Below are positions 31,901-40,807 of a stretch of DNA of 64,000 nt, piece after piece. Both the position numbers and the translations under genes were made by a program. The stretch is from a virus, in IMG/VR virus record IMGVR_UViG_3300020463_001735, positions 16,187 to 80,186 of that record. One strand, written 5' to 3'. Every line of letters starts with the position of its first letter. The stretch's first letter is position 1. The notes beneath the pieces were generated by a model. That model worked only from the letters and a program-made list of their open reading frames with translations. It was not told where the DNA came from and searched no databases.

Positions 31901-34900
31901 AATTCCTTGATCTGCATCTTTCTGATCATCGTAAGGTGCACTTATTGCAATACTCATTCCGTCATCTGATATTGAAATACTATCTGCAAAACCTATCGTT
32001 TTGCTAGGTGCTTCTATTATCTCATCGAATTCAAAGAAACCATTGTTTACCCTATATACAACAACACCGTTTGGCTTAGATTGATCATATGTAACACTAA
32101 CAATAAGAACATCACCATTTGCATTTACATCAATTGTATTACCAAAAACTCCTAAGGCTTCTTGATTGAGCACTGTACTACCATCTGTACTATCATTAAT
32201 AACTGAAAGCGTGGTGTCATTTGGTAAGTATCCAACGTAATCTACAAGATCATCAGTGCTTGTCCAATCACTACTGTTAAAAGCACCTGCGGCTAAATTA
32301 GTACGTGCGACCAATAAAGAACCGCCTAAATAAACAATATCATTTTCTTTATATGTGCTAGAAGCACTAAACTCACCTTTAAATTTTTTATTTTTTGCAG
32401 TATCCCAATCAAACGTAACATTATTTTCTATACCTTTTTTATACTGATATATTTTTCCGTTATTACCATCTTGTGATGCATATACAAACAATCTATATAA
32501 ATCATTGTTTTTAGCACCTTTTACTGTTGTTCCTAAATATTGATTGCTTGCTCTATATTCGTTAATATAATATCCTACAGGATCATAAGTACCTGAAGGT
32601 TTACGTTCAAAAATACTAAACATACCTTCGTACAAAAGATCACTTAGATTATTTTGTGCATCAGCATCTACAGGAATAGCAAATACTTCTTCCCAATCAT
32701 TACTATCTGGTCCAGGTAAATTAGGTTGTCTAGGAATACCACTAACTTGTGCTTCGTCATAAAACCAATATTCTGACTCTAGTAAAATACTTTGTACTGT
32801 CAAAGGAATATTAGCACTATTTTGAAATACTAAAAACTTTCCTATACCAAACGGAGCATACGAAAATCCTACTGCATCAATTTGCCCAAATACACGATCT
32901 CCTTGATATATTGGATCGGCTCTACTAAGATCACCAATAAATTCTATTTCAACATTATCACCGTAATCGTTACCTAAACTAAATGTTCCATTTGTGTTTT
33001 TTACAAAGATAACACCATTTGATCCGTCTCGTATGTAAAATACAACGTCTGCTTCTGCTCCTGTACCTAGATCTCTTACACGTAAAGCATCGCCACCACC
33101 TAAAACTTTTGGTTCAAAAACATTACCGGTGGCCGGATCGGTCTTTGTAAAATTAAATTTTATATATCCATCCCAAACATCATACACTGTTTGTTCTTTA
33201 TTTGTTATTGTTGTAGTTAATCCAATATCATTTATATTTTTATATGTGTTATCACTCCATCTAGGCAGCTGATCTATAAAAAGATTAATTTTACTACCAG
33301 CACTAATATTATCGGTTAAAGTTTTAGGAGATTTCATTACGTATAAGTCACTTAACAAAGGATTGGTTGTTCCACCTGCTCCTGGTGCACCTTGATTAGT
33401 AAGTGTTCTAATATAGCTTCCTATTGTATTTTCACTGTTTATTGTGCTATCATCGTCTACATCTAATATATTAAAATATCTTCTATTTTGATTTGTTTGA
33501 CCGCTTGGAGTAAAATCTTCGTATATCAAACCTTTACCGCTATCTCCTAAAGAGCTTTCGGTAGGGCCAGTGTTATAACTTTGTCCAGCGTTTATTACCC
33601 AGTAACCTCCCCATTGTGCAGTGTAATCTGCGGCATCACTCTGTAATTTTTTCTCATATTCTCCTACAAAGTCACCGTTATTTAAAAATAGACTACCTGT
33701 GGCTGGAAAAGTTCCATTAACATCTTTCATATATATAGCTACTCTAGCTAGTTCATTGTATTTGTAAGCCACTGTACCGATAGCACCAGTGGTTTCTAAA
33801 ATATCTCCTACTATAGGCACATTAGTTGCGGCATCAACATATAATACTGCATCTACTTTATAAATAATCGGATGTTCTCCTGTTATAAAGTCTGTGCCAA
33901 CTATGGGATTATATATACTATTAAAAGGTGCAATATCTTGTATAGAACTTTTATTTTGATAAGCATTAGATCTTTGATTCCATTTTAAACTAATTGTATC
34001 ACCAATTTTTGAACCCTCGTATTGATTAAACGGAGCTCTTACTATTACATGATCTGTAGCTGTATTTGTAAAAGGATAATTACCAGTTGCTAGAACAACA
34101 GGCGCATCATCTGTTTCAGCTGTAAGTCCTAGAGCTAGTCTTATCTGTGTCACACTTGCAAAACTTTGAAAATCAATAGACGCTTCTGCGCCTTGTATGC
34201 CAACACCTGCTTTCCATATACTATTAGCATATTTTACAATGTCATTTTTAAGATAATTAGTTGTTGTAATAAATTCATCTTGATATCTAGTTTTTACTTT
34301 TGATGCATGAGGAGATCCTACGTAAATATATTTTCCATCTTCACTTACATCTACACTTGCACCAAATCTTTCTTTGTCCATAGCCGCGCCAGCTAAAGGT
34401 ACTAATTCTGCAATCAAAATAAAATTATTGCCTTGGCTGGATCTATTGTACACATTTACTTTTCCATTATCATAATCAGGTAACCCTACAGCAAGAACTG
34501 TATTCCGTTTGTTTACTGCAATACTACTTGCAAAATTATGTAATGCACTATCGTCACCGCTTTGATTTTCTACAGTCTGTTGTAAACTATAGTCTCTAGA
34601 ATTTTTTACAACAGCCCACTTATCATCTGCAGCTTTGTCTATCCAAAGAATATCTCCATCTTGTAAATTAGCTTGTGCAATCTTGTTTGCATCATCAACG
34701 TTAGAAGCCCTCACTTTTACAAAATTTGTTATATAACCAACACAACTTGCTATGTCCTCTATTTCTTCATCTGTATCATTTATCAGTGTAATTTTATCAC
34801 CTGTTACAGATTTTACTTTATAAAATCCATCTATACCAGTAACATCAAATACTCCTATAATATCGTCAACAGCTACACTACGGAATGTTTCTTTTAGATT

Positions 34901-37900
34901 CAAAGTAAAGTCATCTGTACCACCTGTAACGCTAGTAATAGCATTTGTTGTATTTGAATATTTGTATACACTCCAGGATAAGTTATCCGTTCCTACCCAT
35001 ACATAATCTCCTTGCCGCAAATTTTCAAATGTTAAATTTACAATATCATCATATGTTGAAGATATAACTTTTACATCATCTAAATCTACATAGCCTGCAT
35101 TTCTTACATATGTATCTTCTATGTATTTTGTTGGAAAAGGAGCATGTGTGTAATTATCAGTCTTTTGATATACTTCAAAAGGACGTATTTTATACACAAG
35201 GTCTGTAGAAGCACTATCAATAGTTTCAACAAGTTCTATTGGTTGAGGAGCAAGTCTAAATGAACTTTCATCTAGAATATAATCAACTTCCTGGAATGAC
35301 TCTACAGCGCCGTACTGGCCGTCCTTGATTGCCCATTCTTCATAAAATTGCAAACTATCTTTATCAGCACTTGCAAGGGCATCAAACATTTTAGTGAGAG
35401 AATTTTTCGTTCCTTTATCTTGTAACATGCCTTGATAAAATTTATATTGACTTACGTCATCATTTATAATATTTTCTAAATACTTACGCTTTTGATATCC
35501 TATCAGATGTTGAGCAAGTCTTTGTTGCTCTACATCAAAATTATCGCTATCTAAATCATAAAAATCTGTAAACTGGATTGCTTTATAATCCCAATTAGAA
35601 TATAATCCACCTACAGGTTTGTCAGTGAGCCTATTCCATTGCTTATCAATAAATGTTTCTGTGCCGGGTATCTTTTGATCGGCTGCATAATAAAATTCTT
35701 TATACTTTACAATGGCTCCTATATCATAATCTACCCAAGATTCCCATTGAACAATTTTTGCTCCGTCGTAAAAGAAACCAGGAATACTAATGCTGCCGTT
35801 CCATTCATCTGTTCTATAACCAGCAACCTTTATACGTTCTTGTCTGTATCCAGGTTCTTGATCATAAATTACATCACCAAACACTGTGCGGTTATCTAAT
35901 AACACAACATGTTCCTTTTGAACTAGAGGTAATGTTACAGCGTATATTCCGTCTGCTGTATTCCTTGTTTGTATGTAGAATTCATTTGGATTTTCTCTGC
36001 CCACTGCTAAATATTCAGAATTTAATTTTTTACCATCAGCTTTTACCAAACTGTATCCGTAAATTGTTTCATACACATTTGCAACTACACTATATTCACT
36101 TATAAATTTTAAGTATTGAGCTGCAGGTGATAATGTAATTAAAGTACCATTATCCCATCTTTGTGTAGACCAAAACATAAATTGTTTTGCACTATATTTC
36201 CAGTCTTGTACAACTGCCTCATTGCCTTCATAATTATCAAATACAAAACCTTGTTCTTCTAACCAGGATCCGTAACCTATCATAAAATCAACAACTTCTT
36301 GTAATGTGTCAAACGTAGTCCCGTATTCGACTTCTTTTATAATATCTCTGTTATAAAGTTTAGCAAAACTAGCTCTTACACCGCCGGTCATAGGTAATTC
36401 TGCTAACTTTACAGTTTTATCTCCATCTAGTGTAACTCCACTAGTATGGGACTCTGTAACTCTATAATATGCACTTTGAAATTCAACAATATATCCTTTT
36501 TCATAATACTTGTCAGAGGCCCATTTTAGAAAGTCTTCACTTATTCCTCCAATAGTTATTACAGGATCTTTTTGTTGTTTTATGACAGGATGGGTTTTAA
36601 AGGTTGCACTTGTATTGCTATATCCCTTTACTGTAAATCCTCCTATTACTTTTTCTACAATGACTCCAGAATATGCAACAGTTTTTACAGGTGTACTTGT
36701 ATTTAAAAATATTTCATAATTTTCATTTGGTATGAAAACATTACCTTCATTCGTTGGACTTCTACTATCAAGTATTAATTTAAATTTTGCCTTTTCTGTA
36801 AAAGCACCTATTTTTAATCCAATGTTGTTTTGTATAGATGATATGTTATTTTTATAATCTTCAAAACTTGTAGTCACATCAAGAAACATATAATCTGCAA
36901 CATAGTTTACAAATCCACTTGTGTATGTTTGTGCAATATCGGAAGTAGATGCAGGATAAACAATTTTATCTAGTTCTATCTGTTTACCAGTATCTTTGTA
37001 TACTAATACACCTGCTACATTCCTTATCTGTCTTTGTCTATCAAAAGCAGTAGCAAACATTTTTGATGGACAATTTAAAATGCAACTACTAATCAAACTA
37101 AATGGATACTCGCTTGACCTGCGCCAAGCACTTTCTACAGGTGCTCCGTCACCAAATTTAAAATTATCTTCTATACCTGTGCTTGTAAATCCTTGTGCAT
37201 ACCCACTAGCAAGTGGACTCAATAGTTCTCCGTTAGGACCAGATGGTATGTGATTAGTTAAACCTGGACGTTTGTATTCATCTACAAATTTAGCAACCTT
37301 GTTCGGTTCGGCTATTTTTCCTTTTTCTATATCTTGCCACATCACTAAGTTATCACCAGTGTAAGGTGCTGGACCATAATTAGTTTCCCACCATGTAGGT
37401 TTAACACTGAAGCCTAACATTTCCCAAGGATGTGTGTGAGGACGATCTGTGTCATATGCAACCATATATACTTGTCTCCAATAGCCTGGAAGAACTTTGC
37501 CAGAGGGACTCTGCATTGATTCGTAATTAAAAGTAAAAGTATCTGATCTAACAAAATTATTTTTTGTATATTCAGTATCAGCTATTTTAGTCCATTCTAT
37601 AAAATCACTTAGCATTGCTTTATCTAAATTTACTTTAGGAGTATCAACAACTCTACGGTCACCTTCGATATAGTCTGTCAAATCAAAAACAGTTGTATCG
37701 TAAGACATTTTTAAATTATTATAAATTCTATTTTCTAATTCTAGTAATAAATTATCTCTGTAATCGCCATATGCTTTTATAATACTACCATCATGTCCTT
37801 GGATTACATCTACTGTAGTTCTATATGTTGTATCTGTAAACTTAATTGGTTCATAACTTGGATATAATCCTAACTTAGTAGGAGTTGCTGGCACATAACT

Positions 37901-40807
37901 ACCATTTGTGTTTTCATATTCATATATGGAGACAATATCGTTTTCTGCCTTTGTGGCTGTAATAACAACAAATCCTTCTGTGTTAAATGTATAATCTTTT
38001 CCGTGAGTCAATTGTACTCCATTAAGATATACTGTAACTGCTTTTTTATCTAATATAGTTTTATCAAATACTTGACTTAAAGCAAAAAAAGTGTTATTAG
38101 GATCTTCTATCTCATATCTTAATTCTTTTGCTGCTCCTAATGGAACCATATCGCTAAAGAAAAACGGATTTGTTTCAGTTTTACTTTTATTCATTTCAGT
38201 AAAAATTAAATCAACATGTGTTTTTACGTCGCCTTCAAAACCTAATGTCTCCGCAACTTGCATAAATCTGCGTTTAAATTTACCATATTCTTTTCTTGCA
38301 AATTTAACACTGTTAATAACATTGCTTTCGTTGTTGGTCAAATGATAAAGAGAATGATTTATTAAACCACTGTGTTTAACAAATCTGTTTCCATATATTG
38401 TAACCTGACCTAAATCACGTAAATTACTTTTTCCAGGAAACGCACCGTCAAAATTATCTATCTCTTCAACTATAGTGCTAACATGGTCATTTACCTCACC
38501 GAGTGTAAATTCTGTTATATTCTTGTTTTTTGGATTTCTTTCTAAGTTTATAGGAAATTCATATGTGCCGTTATCATTTTTTTCTGTTGCTGATTTTGTT
38601 TTAATTAAAATCACATCATTTACTATTAGATCTTTTGTAAAAACAATTTGTTTTACATTGTTAACATCTTGTGTAGTAGTGTAATCCACACCTTGTTTTT
38701 GAATGTCATTATTTTTATAGACACGCAACCATAAGTCTGTTAATTTTGAACTTTCATTGTATTGATCAATATTAAATTCTGTTTGTGAGCCGTCATAAAC
38801 ATACTGTCTTTCTACTTTTTGTGTGCTTAGTGTTGCGGCTTTTTTATATCCTGTTTCAAATGTAAAACTATCTATTGTTGAATATTTTTTTAAAAATGCA
38901 ACATCAGAATTTATATCAACTAGACTGTTTTCAGTCTGGTATGTAAAAGTTTGTCCTAGTAGGTCAAAGTCAAAAAGTATATCACCACTATTAGTAATAT
39001 TTCTATATGACAATGCAAATCCTAGTTCAGTGTCATTTGCTCCTAATCCTTGTTTGTATGAAAATAATTTATTGCCTGTAAAGTTGCTTGAAGAGTATAC
39101 TGTTTTATCTCCATAACTTTTTCCATCTTTGTCAGATAGATCAAATAAAGGACTTACGTTTACATTTGTTTTATCTTGTCCGTTTTTCCATTGAGTACCA
39201 TTATAGAAAAACATTTTACCTTTATATACATCGCCTTGTCTAACTAGCACAGTTTCGTTTTCTATCGCATCTGTATCTGTTTCATCCACTAATGCAATTT
39301 GTGTTACACCTTGAAACGAAATAAATTTTACTTTAAAAATTTTACCATAAACACGTTCGTCTGTATCTCCTAAGAAAAGTATTCTCATACCTTCCGAAAG
39401 ATCTATGTTATCAATATTATATCCTGTTGAACCTTCAATTGTTGATCTAACATCAGAAGTAAAAATATCTACTAGGTCTACGTCTGTTTTATTTTTTGTA
39501 CCAAAATCAAAAAGTTTTATACCTGCCTCAAATTCTATAATAGGTCTACTTGCTCTATTTGTTTGATCTACTTCTATAGGTTGATTGTTTATAGATGCAC
39601 TTTTTTCAATCACATCTCGATGAAACCAACGATTATATCTACTCCATAAGTTTCCGTCTATTGCACTTCTGTTAATTAAAATGTAATCTCTTGTAAGTGG
39701 ATATCCTATGCTCTGTCCAAAAGGTAATCTATCAAATGCTCCATCATCAAAAGGATTTGTTATATTTGTTGTAAATGTTGTAGGTACATCCAATGCATCT
39801 TCTTTAATTAATTTAATTGCATTTCCTACACCTTCTACATAATATTCTCCTTCGGCGTATGTACTAGGTGTTACGTTACCAATAAAATAAATCTTCATTC
39901 CGTTTGTAAGTTCAAAACCATTTCCTGTTTTATATGTTTTTTTACCTACAACTTCAGCATCTACATCTATTTTTGTTGCTTCTTCTATGTTATAAACTTC
40001 TATCACTCCACTACTTCCAGGATCATTATCGCTAAGATAATAAATTACGTCTGGGGTACTTTGATCAAGTTTAAATTCTATCACACCTTTATCTGTTGCG
40101 TCGGATGAGTCTTGTATAATATTAAATGTTGGATCCTCTACACGCTTACTCCTAAATACTAAAGGTAATCCAGGAGCATCAACTTCAAATCTATATGTTA
40201 TGCCTCTATACAATTTTAATGTTGGATTTGGTGTTTTTCCATCAGGTGAAAATACATATGATCGATTGTCAAGATTTTCTTGAGCTGTAACAGTGTAAGT
40301 ACTAACTACATCTATAGTTTGTCCAGCAACCGGTACACTTTGCGGCCCGGTAGGCAACCAGTAGTATTCTCTAAAGTTTACAAATTTATCCCAATCAATA
40401 TGCGGATCCCAAGCATAATATTCTTGTGCATTTAGTTTGGCATGATTTTTATTGGCACCGTTAAAGTTTCCTATTTGATTTACATAATCATTATAATCTT
40501 TATAGTAGGTTGTGTTTCCTAAAGTATCTTTAATTAAACTAGCAGGTTCAAATTGATAGTCTTCACGCTGTTTTGATACATCGCCAACATAATTATCATC
40601 AGCTGTATATGCATTTGTAATTTTTCTTCCGTAGTAACCATTTACCTTTTCAGCTACGCCGGGGCGAATCATTTGATCAAATGTTGCACTTAAAAATTTT
40701 CTATTATATCTTGATCTAAAATATTTAGGTAAATGATTAATACTAGAACGTTTAATAGGCTTGTCTGCAGGAAGTGCAGGATCGTTTTGATTATCGTCGT
40801 AAGCCAT
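25940..40807 (-). CDS. Giant (4955 aa) baseplate wedge/adhesin-like structural protein at the gp7-like position
   Basis: Follows gp6; FG-GAP-like blades, YxxxDIVxY CBM5/12-like motifs, repeated GDGST modules. Confidence 0.7.
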   Translation of the reverse strand: MAYDDNQNDPALPADKPIKRSSINHLPKYFRSRYNRKFLSATFDQMIRPGVAEKVNGYYGRKITNAYTADDNYVGDVSKQREDYQFEPASLIKDTLGNTTYYKDYNDYVNQIGNFNGANKNHAKLNAQEYYAWDPHIDWDKFVNFREYYWLPTGPQSVPVAGQTIDVVSTYTVTAQENLDNRSYVFSPDGKTPNPTLKLYRGITYRFEVDAPGLPLVFRSKRVEDPTFNIIQDSSDATDKGVIEFKLDQSTPDVIYYLSDNDPGSSGVIEVYNIEEATKIDVDAEVVGKKTYKTGNGFELTNGMKIYFIGNVTPSTYAEGEYYVEGVGNAIKLIKEDALDVPTTFTTNITNPFDDGAFDRLPFGQSIGYPLTRDYILINRSAIDGNLWSRYNRWFHRDVIEKSASINNQPIEVDQTNRASRPIIEFEAGIKLFDFGTKNKTDVDLVDIFTSDVRSTIEGSTGYNIDNIDLSEGMRILFLGDTDERVYGKIFKVKFISFQGVTQIALVDETDTDAIENETVLVRQGDVYKGKMFFYNGTQWKNGQDKTNVNVSPLFDLSDKDGKSYGDKTVYSSSNFTGNKLFSYKQGLGANDTELGFALSYRNITNSGDILFDFDLLGQTFTYQTENSLVDINSDVAFLKKYSTIDSFTFETGYKKAATLSTQKVERQYVYDGSQTEFNIDQYNESSKLTDLWLRVYKNNDIQKQGVDYTTTQDVNNVKQIVFTKDLIVNDVILIKTKSATEKNDNGTYEFPINLERNPKNKNITEFTLGEVNDHVSTIVEEIDNFDGAFPGKSNLRDLGQVTIYGNRFVKHSGLINHSLYHLTNNESNVINSVKFARKEYGKFKRRFMQVAETLGFEGDVKTHVDLIFTEMNKSKTETNPFFFSDMVPLGAAKELRYEIEDPNNTFFALSQVFDKTILDKKAVTVYLNGVQLTHGKDYTFNTEGFVVITATKAENDIVSIYEYENTNGSYVPATPTKLGLYPSYEPIKFTDTTYRTTVDVIQGHDGSIIKAYGDYRDNLLLELENRIYNNLKMSYDTTVFDLTDYIEGDRRVVDTPKVNLDKAMLSDFIEWTKIADTEYTKNNFVRSDTFTFNYESMQSPSGKVLPGYWRQVYMVAYDTDRPHTHPWEMLGFSVKPTWWETNYGPAPYTGDNLVMWQDIEKGKIAEPNKVAKFVDEYKRPGLTNHIPSGPNGELLSPLASGYAQGFTSTGIEDNFKFGDGAPVESAWRRSSEYPFSLISSCILNCPSKMFATAFDRQRQIRNVAGVLVYKDTGKQIELDKIVYPASTSDIAQTYTSGFVNYVADYMFLDVTTSFEDYKNNISSIQNNIGLKIGAFTEKAKFKLILDSRSPTNEGNVFIPNENYEIFLNTSTPVKTVAYSGVIVEKVIGGFTVKGYSNTSATFKTHPVIKQQKDPVITIGGISEDFLKWASDKYYEKGYIVEFQSAYYRVTESHTSGVTLDGDKTVKLAELPMTGGVRASFAKLYNRDIIKEVEYGTTFDTLQEVVDFMIGYGSWLEEQGFVFDNYEGNEAVVQDWKYSAKQFMFWSTQRWDNGTLITLSPAAQYLKFISEYSVVANVYETIYGYSLVKADGKKLNSEYLAVGRENPNEFYIQTRNTADGIYAVTLPLVQKEHVVLLDNRTVFGDVIYDQEPGYRQERIKVAGYRTDEWNGSISIPGFFYDGAKIVQWESWVDYDIGAIVKYKEFYYAADQKIPGTETFIDKQWNRLTDKPVGGLYSNWDYKAIQFTDFYDLDSDNFDVEQQRLAQHLIGYQKRKYLENIINDDVSQYKFYQGMLQDKGTKNSLTKMFDALASADKDSLQFYEEWAIKDGQYGAVESFQEVDYILDESSFRLAPQPIELVETIDSASTDLVYKIRPFEVYQKTDNYTHAPFPTKYIEDTYVRNAGYVDLDDVKVISSTYDDIVNLTFENLRQGDYVWVGTDNLSWSVYKYSNTTNAITSVTGGTDDFTLNLKETFRSVAVDDIIGVFDVTGIDGFYKVKSVTGDKITLINDTDEEIEDIASCVGYITNFVKVRASNVDDANKIAQANLQDGDILWIDKAADDKWAVVKNSRDYSLQQTVENQSGDDSALHNFASSIAVNKRNTVLAVGLPDYDNGKVNVYNRSSQGNNFILIAELVPLAGAAMDKERFGASVDVSEDGKYIYVGSPHASKVKTRYQDEFITTTNYLKNDIVKYANSIWKAGVGIQGAEASIDFQSFASVTQIRLALGLTAETDDAPVVLATGNYPFTNTATDHVIVRAPFNQYEGSKIGDTISLKWNQRSNAYQNKSSIQDIAPFNSIYNPIVGTDFITGEHPIIYKVDAVLYVDAATNVPIVGDILETTGAIGTVAYKYNELARVAIYMKDVNGTFPATGSLFLNNGDFVGEYEKKLQSDAADYTAQWGGYWVINAGQSYNTGPTESSLGDSGKGLIYEDFTPSGQTNQNRRYFNILDVDDDSTINSENTIGSYIRTLTNQGAPGAGGTTNPLLSDLYVMKSPKTLTDNISAGSKINLFIDQLPRWSDNTYKNINDIGLTTTITNKEQTVYDVWDGYIKFNFTKTDPATGNVFEPKVLGGGDALRVRDLGTGAEADVVFYIRDGSNGVIFVKNTNGTFSLGNDYGDNVEIEFIGDLSRADPIYQGDRVFGQIDAVGFSYAPFGIGKFLVFQNSANIPLTVQSILLESEYWFYDEAQVSGIPRQPNLPGPDSNDWEEVFAIPVDADAQNNLSDLLYEGMFSIFERKPSGTYDPVGYYINEYRASNQYLGTTVKGAKNNDLYRLFVYASQDGNNGKIYQYKKGIENNVTFDWDTAKNKKFKGEFSASSTYKENDIVYLGGSLLVARTNLAAGAFNSSDWTSTDDLVDYVGYLPNDTTLSVINDSTDGSTVLNQEALGVFGNTIDVNANGDVLIVSVTYDQSKPNGVVVYRVNNGFFEFDEIIEAPSKTIGFADSISISDDGMSIAISAPYDDQKDADQGIVYIYRQQNGKFVLDQNLYSPKNERAEQFGTTVSYTGNVLAVGSKNADSIFESTIDVFSIKKIGSAYTNDPTSPPTGSPTTFDNSFTKFRKTNVDDGVVYVYENLNGKLLYADIIQLNNANVDYFGRNVEARGNHVYVGLPRLETASKLGAFVDYSIQGSVYDNIRTPKDPVDLNKIKKVILYDTKTKELLAYLDYIDVLQGKIAGVAEQELRYKTYYDPATYTTGTNVVVDNLNTWGTEQVGQLWWDLNNAKFLNPYQNDVTYSTNNWNKLFSGASIDVYEWIESTLTPELWNAQADTNDGLSQGISGQAKSTTNYVLKKVYDSISQSSVDKYFYWVKDKKTIPNNEFRNESAFNTAQLITDPYSYGYKFVSFFSNNQFAINNCDTLISGKDVAISVQYYTLDNQDTNVHNQYQILTDGLASSKPNRDIERKWFDSLIGYDTNNRPVPDTTLGAKKKYGILNTPRQSIFVNSTEAMKQTIERVNSVLIKNLIVENKNLTGLDYKEDFPSTISRLYDTSVDTFAEIELIGVAKSKQAILTPVIEDGKIVRVTITDPGRGYLVSPTYTIRGDSGEGADFTFTIDNAGQITTVVVNNQGQNYEDATTIEVRKFAALVKADETINGKWSIYERLSETNSWNRIKSQAYNTTLYWEYADWYATGVNETIDIDYLIDYSYQLEPLNDSVGDIVKISTIGTGGWLLLQKIDEQITTDYTVNYKTIGRQNGTIQFKRGLYDVTANLNGFDSISFDVQFYDAQPTVEQRRIFEVIRDDIFTVELEEEYNQLFFASIRYAFSEQPYIDWAFKTSFVKAQHNVGTLREDITFNNDNLPSYEDYLEEVKPFKTKLREYLSSYEKIEPTNTVITDFDLAPRYVEGRGIQPHPSQVLQDMIVGTESDITTYPYRHWLDNASYEIKSVNIYDGGSKYTEPPVITAVGGGGTGAKFKSYLGVNGKIVKIEVVNEGSGYIGAPTLDINGSNPDGTDAKISAVIGHQTVRSFLTRVKFDRISSSFIITKLNESESFVGTGSKYVFDLKWPIDVKPANIKITVGGTELLNSQYTYTNLQDNTKSYVRFKGRITLDTPPADTKAITIEYKKDPDLLVAQDRVNLLYDPTTGMLGKDISQVMDGIDYGGVEVKSFGFENQGGFDAEGWFTGKWDTYDDTYEDEVFNFDGSTLLIELSKPLESGVEYNVYKNNVRIDDPNYDGSTFIENSNAIIETLVGDGSLKILNLDNLGIKVADGDTLVIRKKTSDGSFLADPNGYDTLIEGGDFPYTTASGLSAEDITVDGDGFVTPTTSKGPEEIIPGQVLDTVDIQVYERPTGGSSNIRSFNYLGDGSTKTFAIGQNIAFNNNLFLKVGNEIKTKEDYIFSIDRKSIILDVAPTANTKVNIITLDVAGKNVLDYGTFVGDGSTIDYLTNIRWTENMTHYATIDGVTQDTLLIKSDDSAHDMPGNVVIRFATPVANDKIINFGIFEGTTQNYSAVQIDTFIGDGSSLTYTLEKTPFSGTPSQHNTIVKVNNTILTAGYSQHFAVSDVREYRLDLWQVPLGTFNHQDLLVYLNDIELTYGVQWNYVSAGEFDISSVPDQQIGSTITLLPGVGETGDTLRVYAIKDGQYAYGYWDSAGEFISTPGTIYMDNVYESSDIITVYTFNNDEAQGIERQEFDIVERTKLTQGSASWYNLRHLRNGLIELRKPATDAQYVWVVKNGILLTPSVDYFVTDNKKYIKIAYDLLENDTIDIIHFADPPLIQKFGWRQFKDILNRTHYKRLTGAENILLVRDLYPWDKTIEVENGDKLPQPNDNPDMPSIIFIEGERIEYFVRDGNTLKQLRRATMGTGAKDVYKEGTEIYQQGIDQNIPYKDETITLTLDGDGTTTDFQLDWTPTSVNEFEVFVAGKRMRKNSIDSYTFETVDGSGNTVSAPQMDSPEGDQTLPPEFTVSGTTLSLAQSAPENSKVIIIRKQGRTWSDLGTQLSKAKGNIARFLRNSTTDLPR

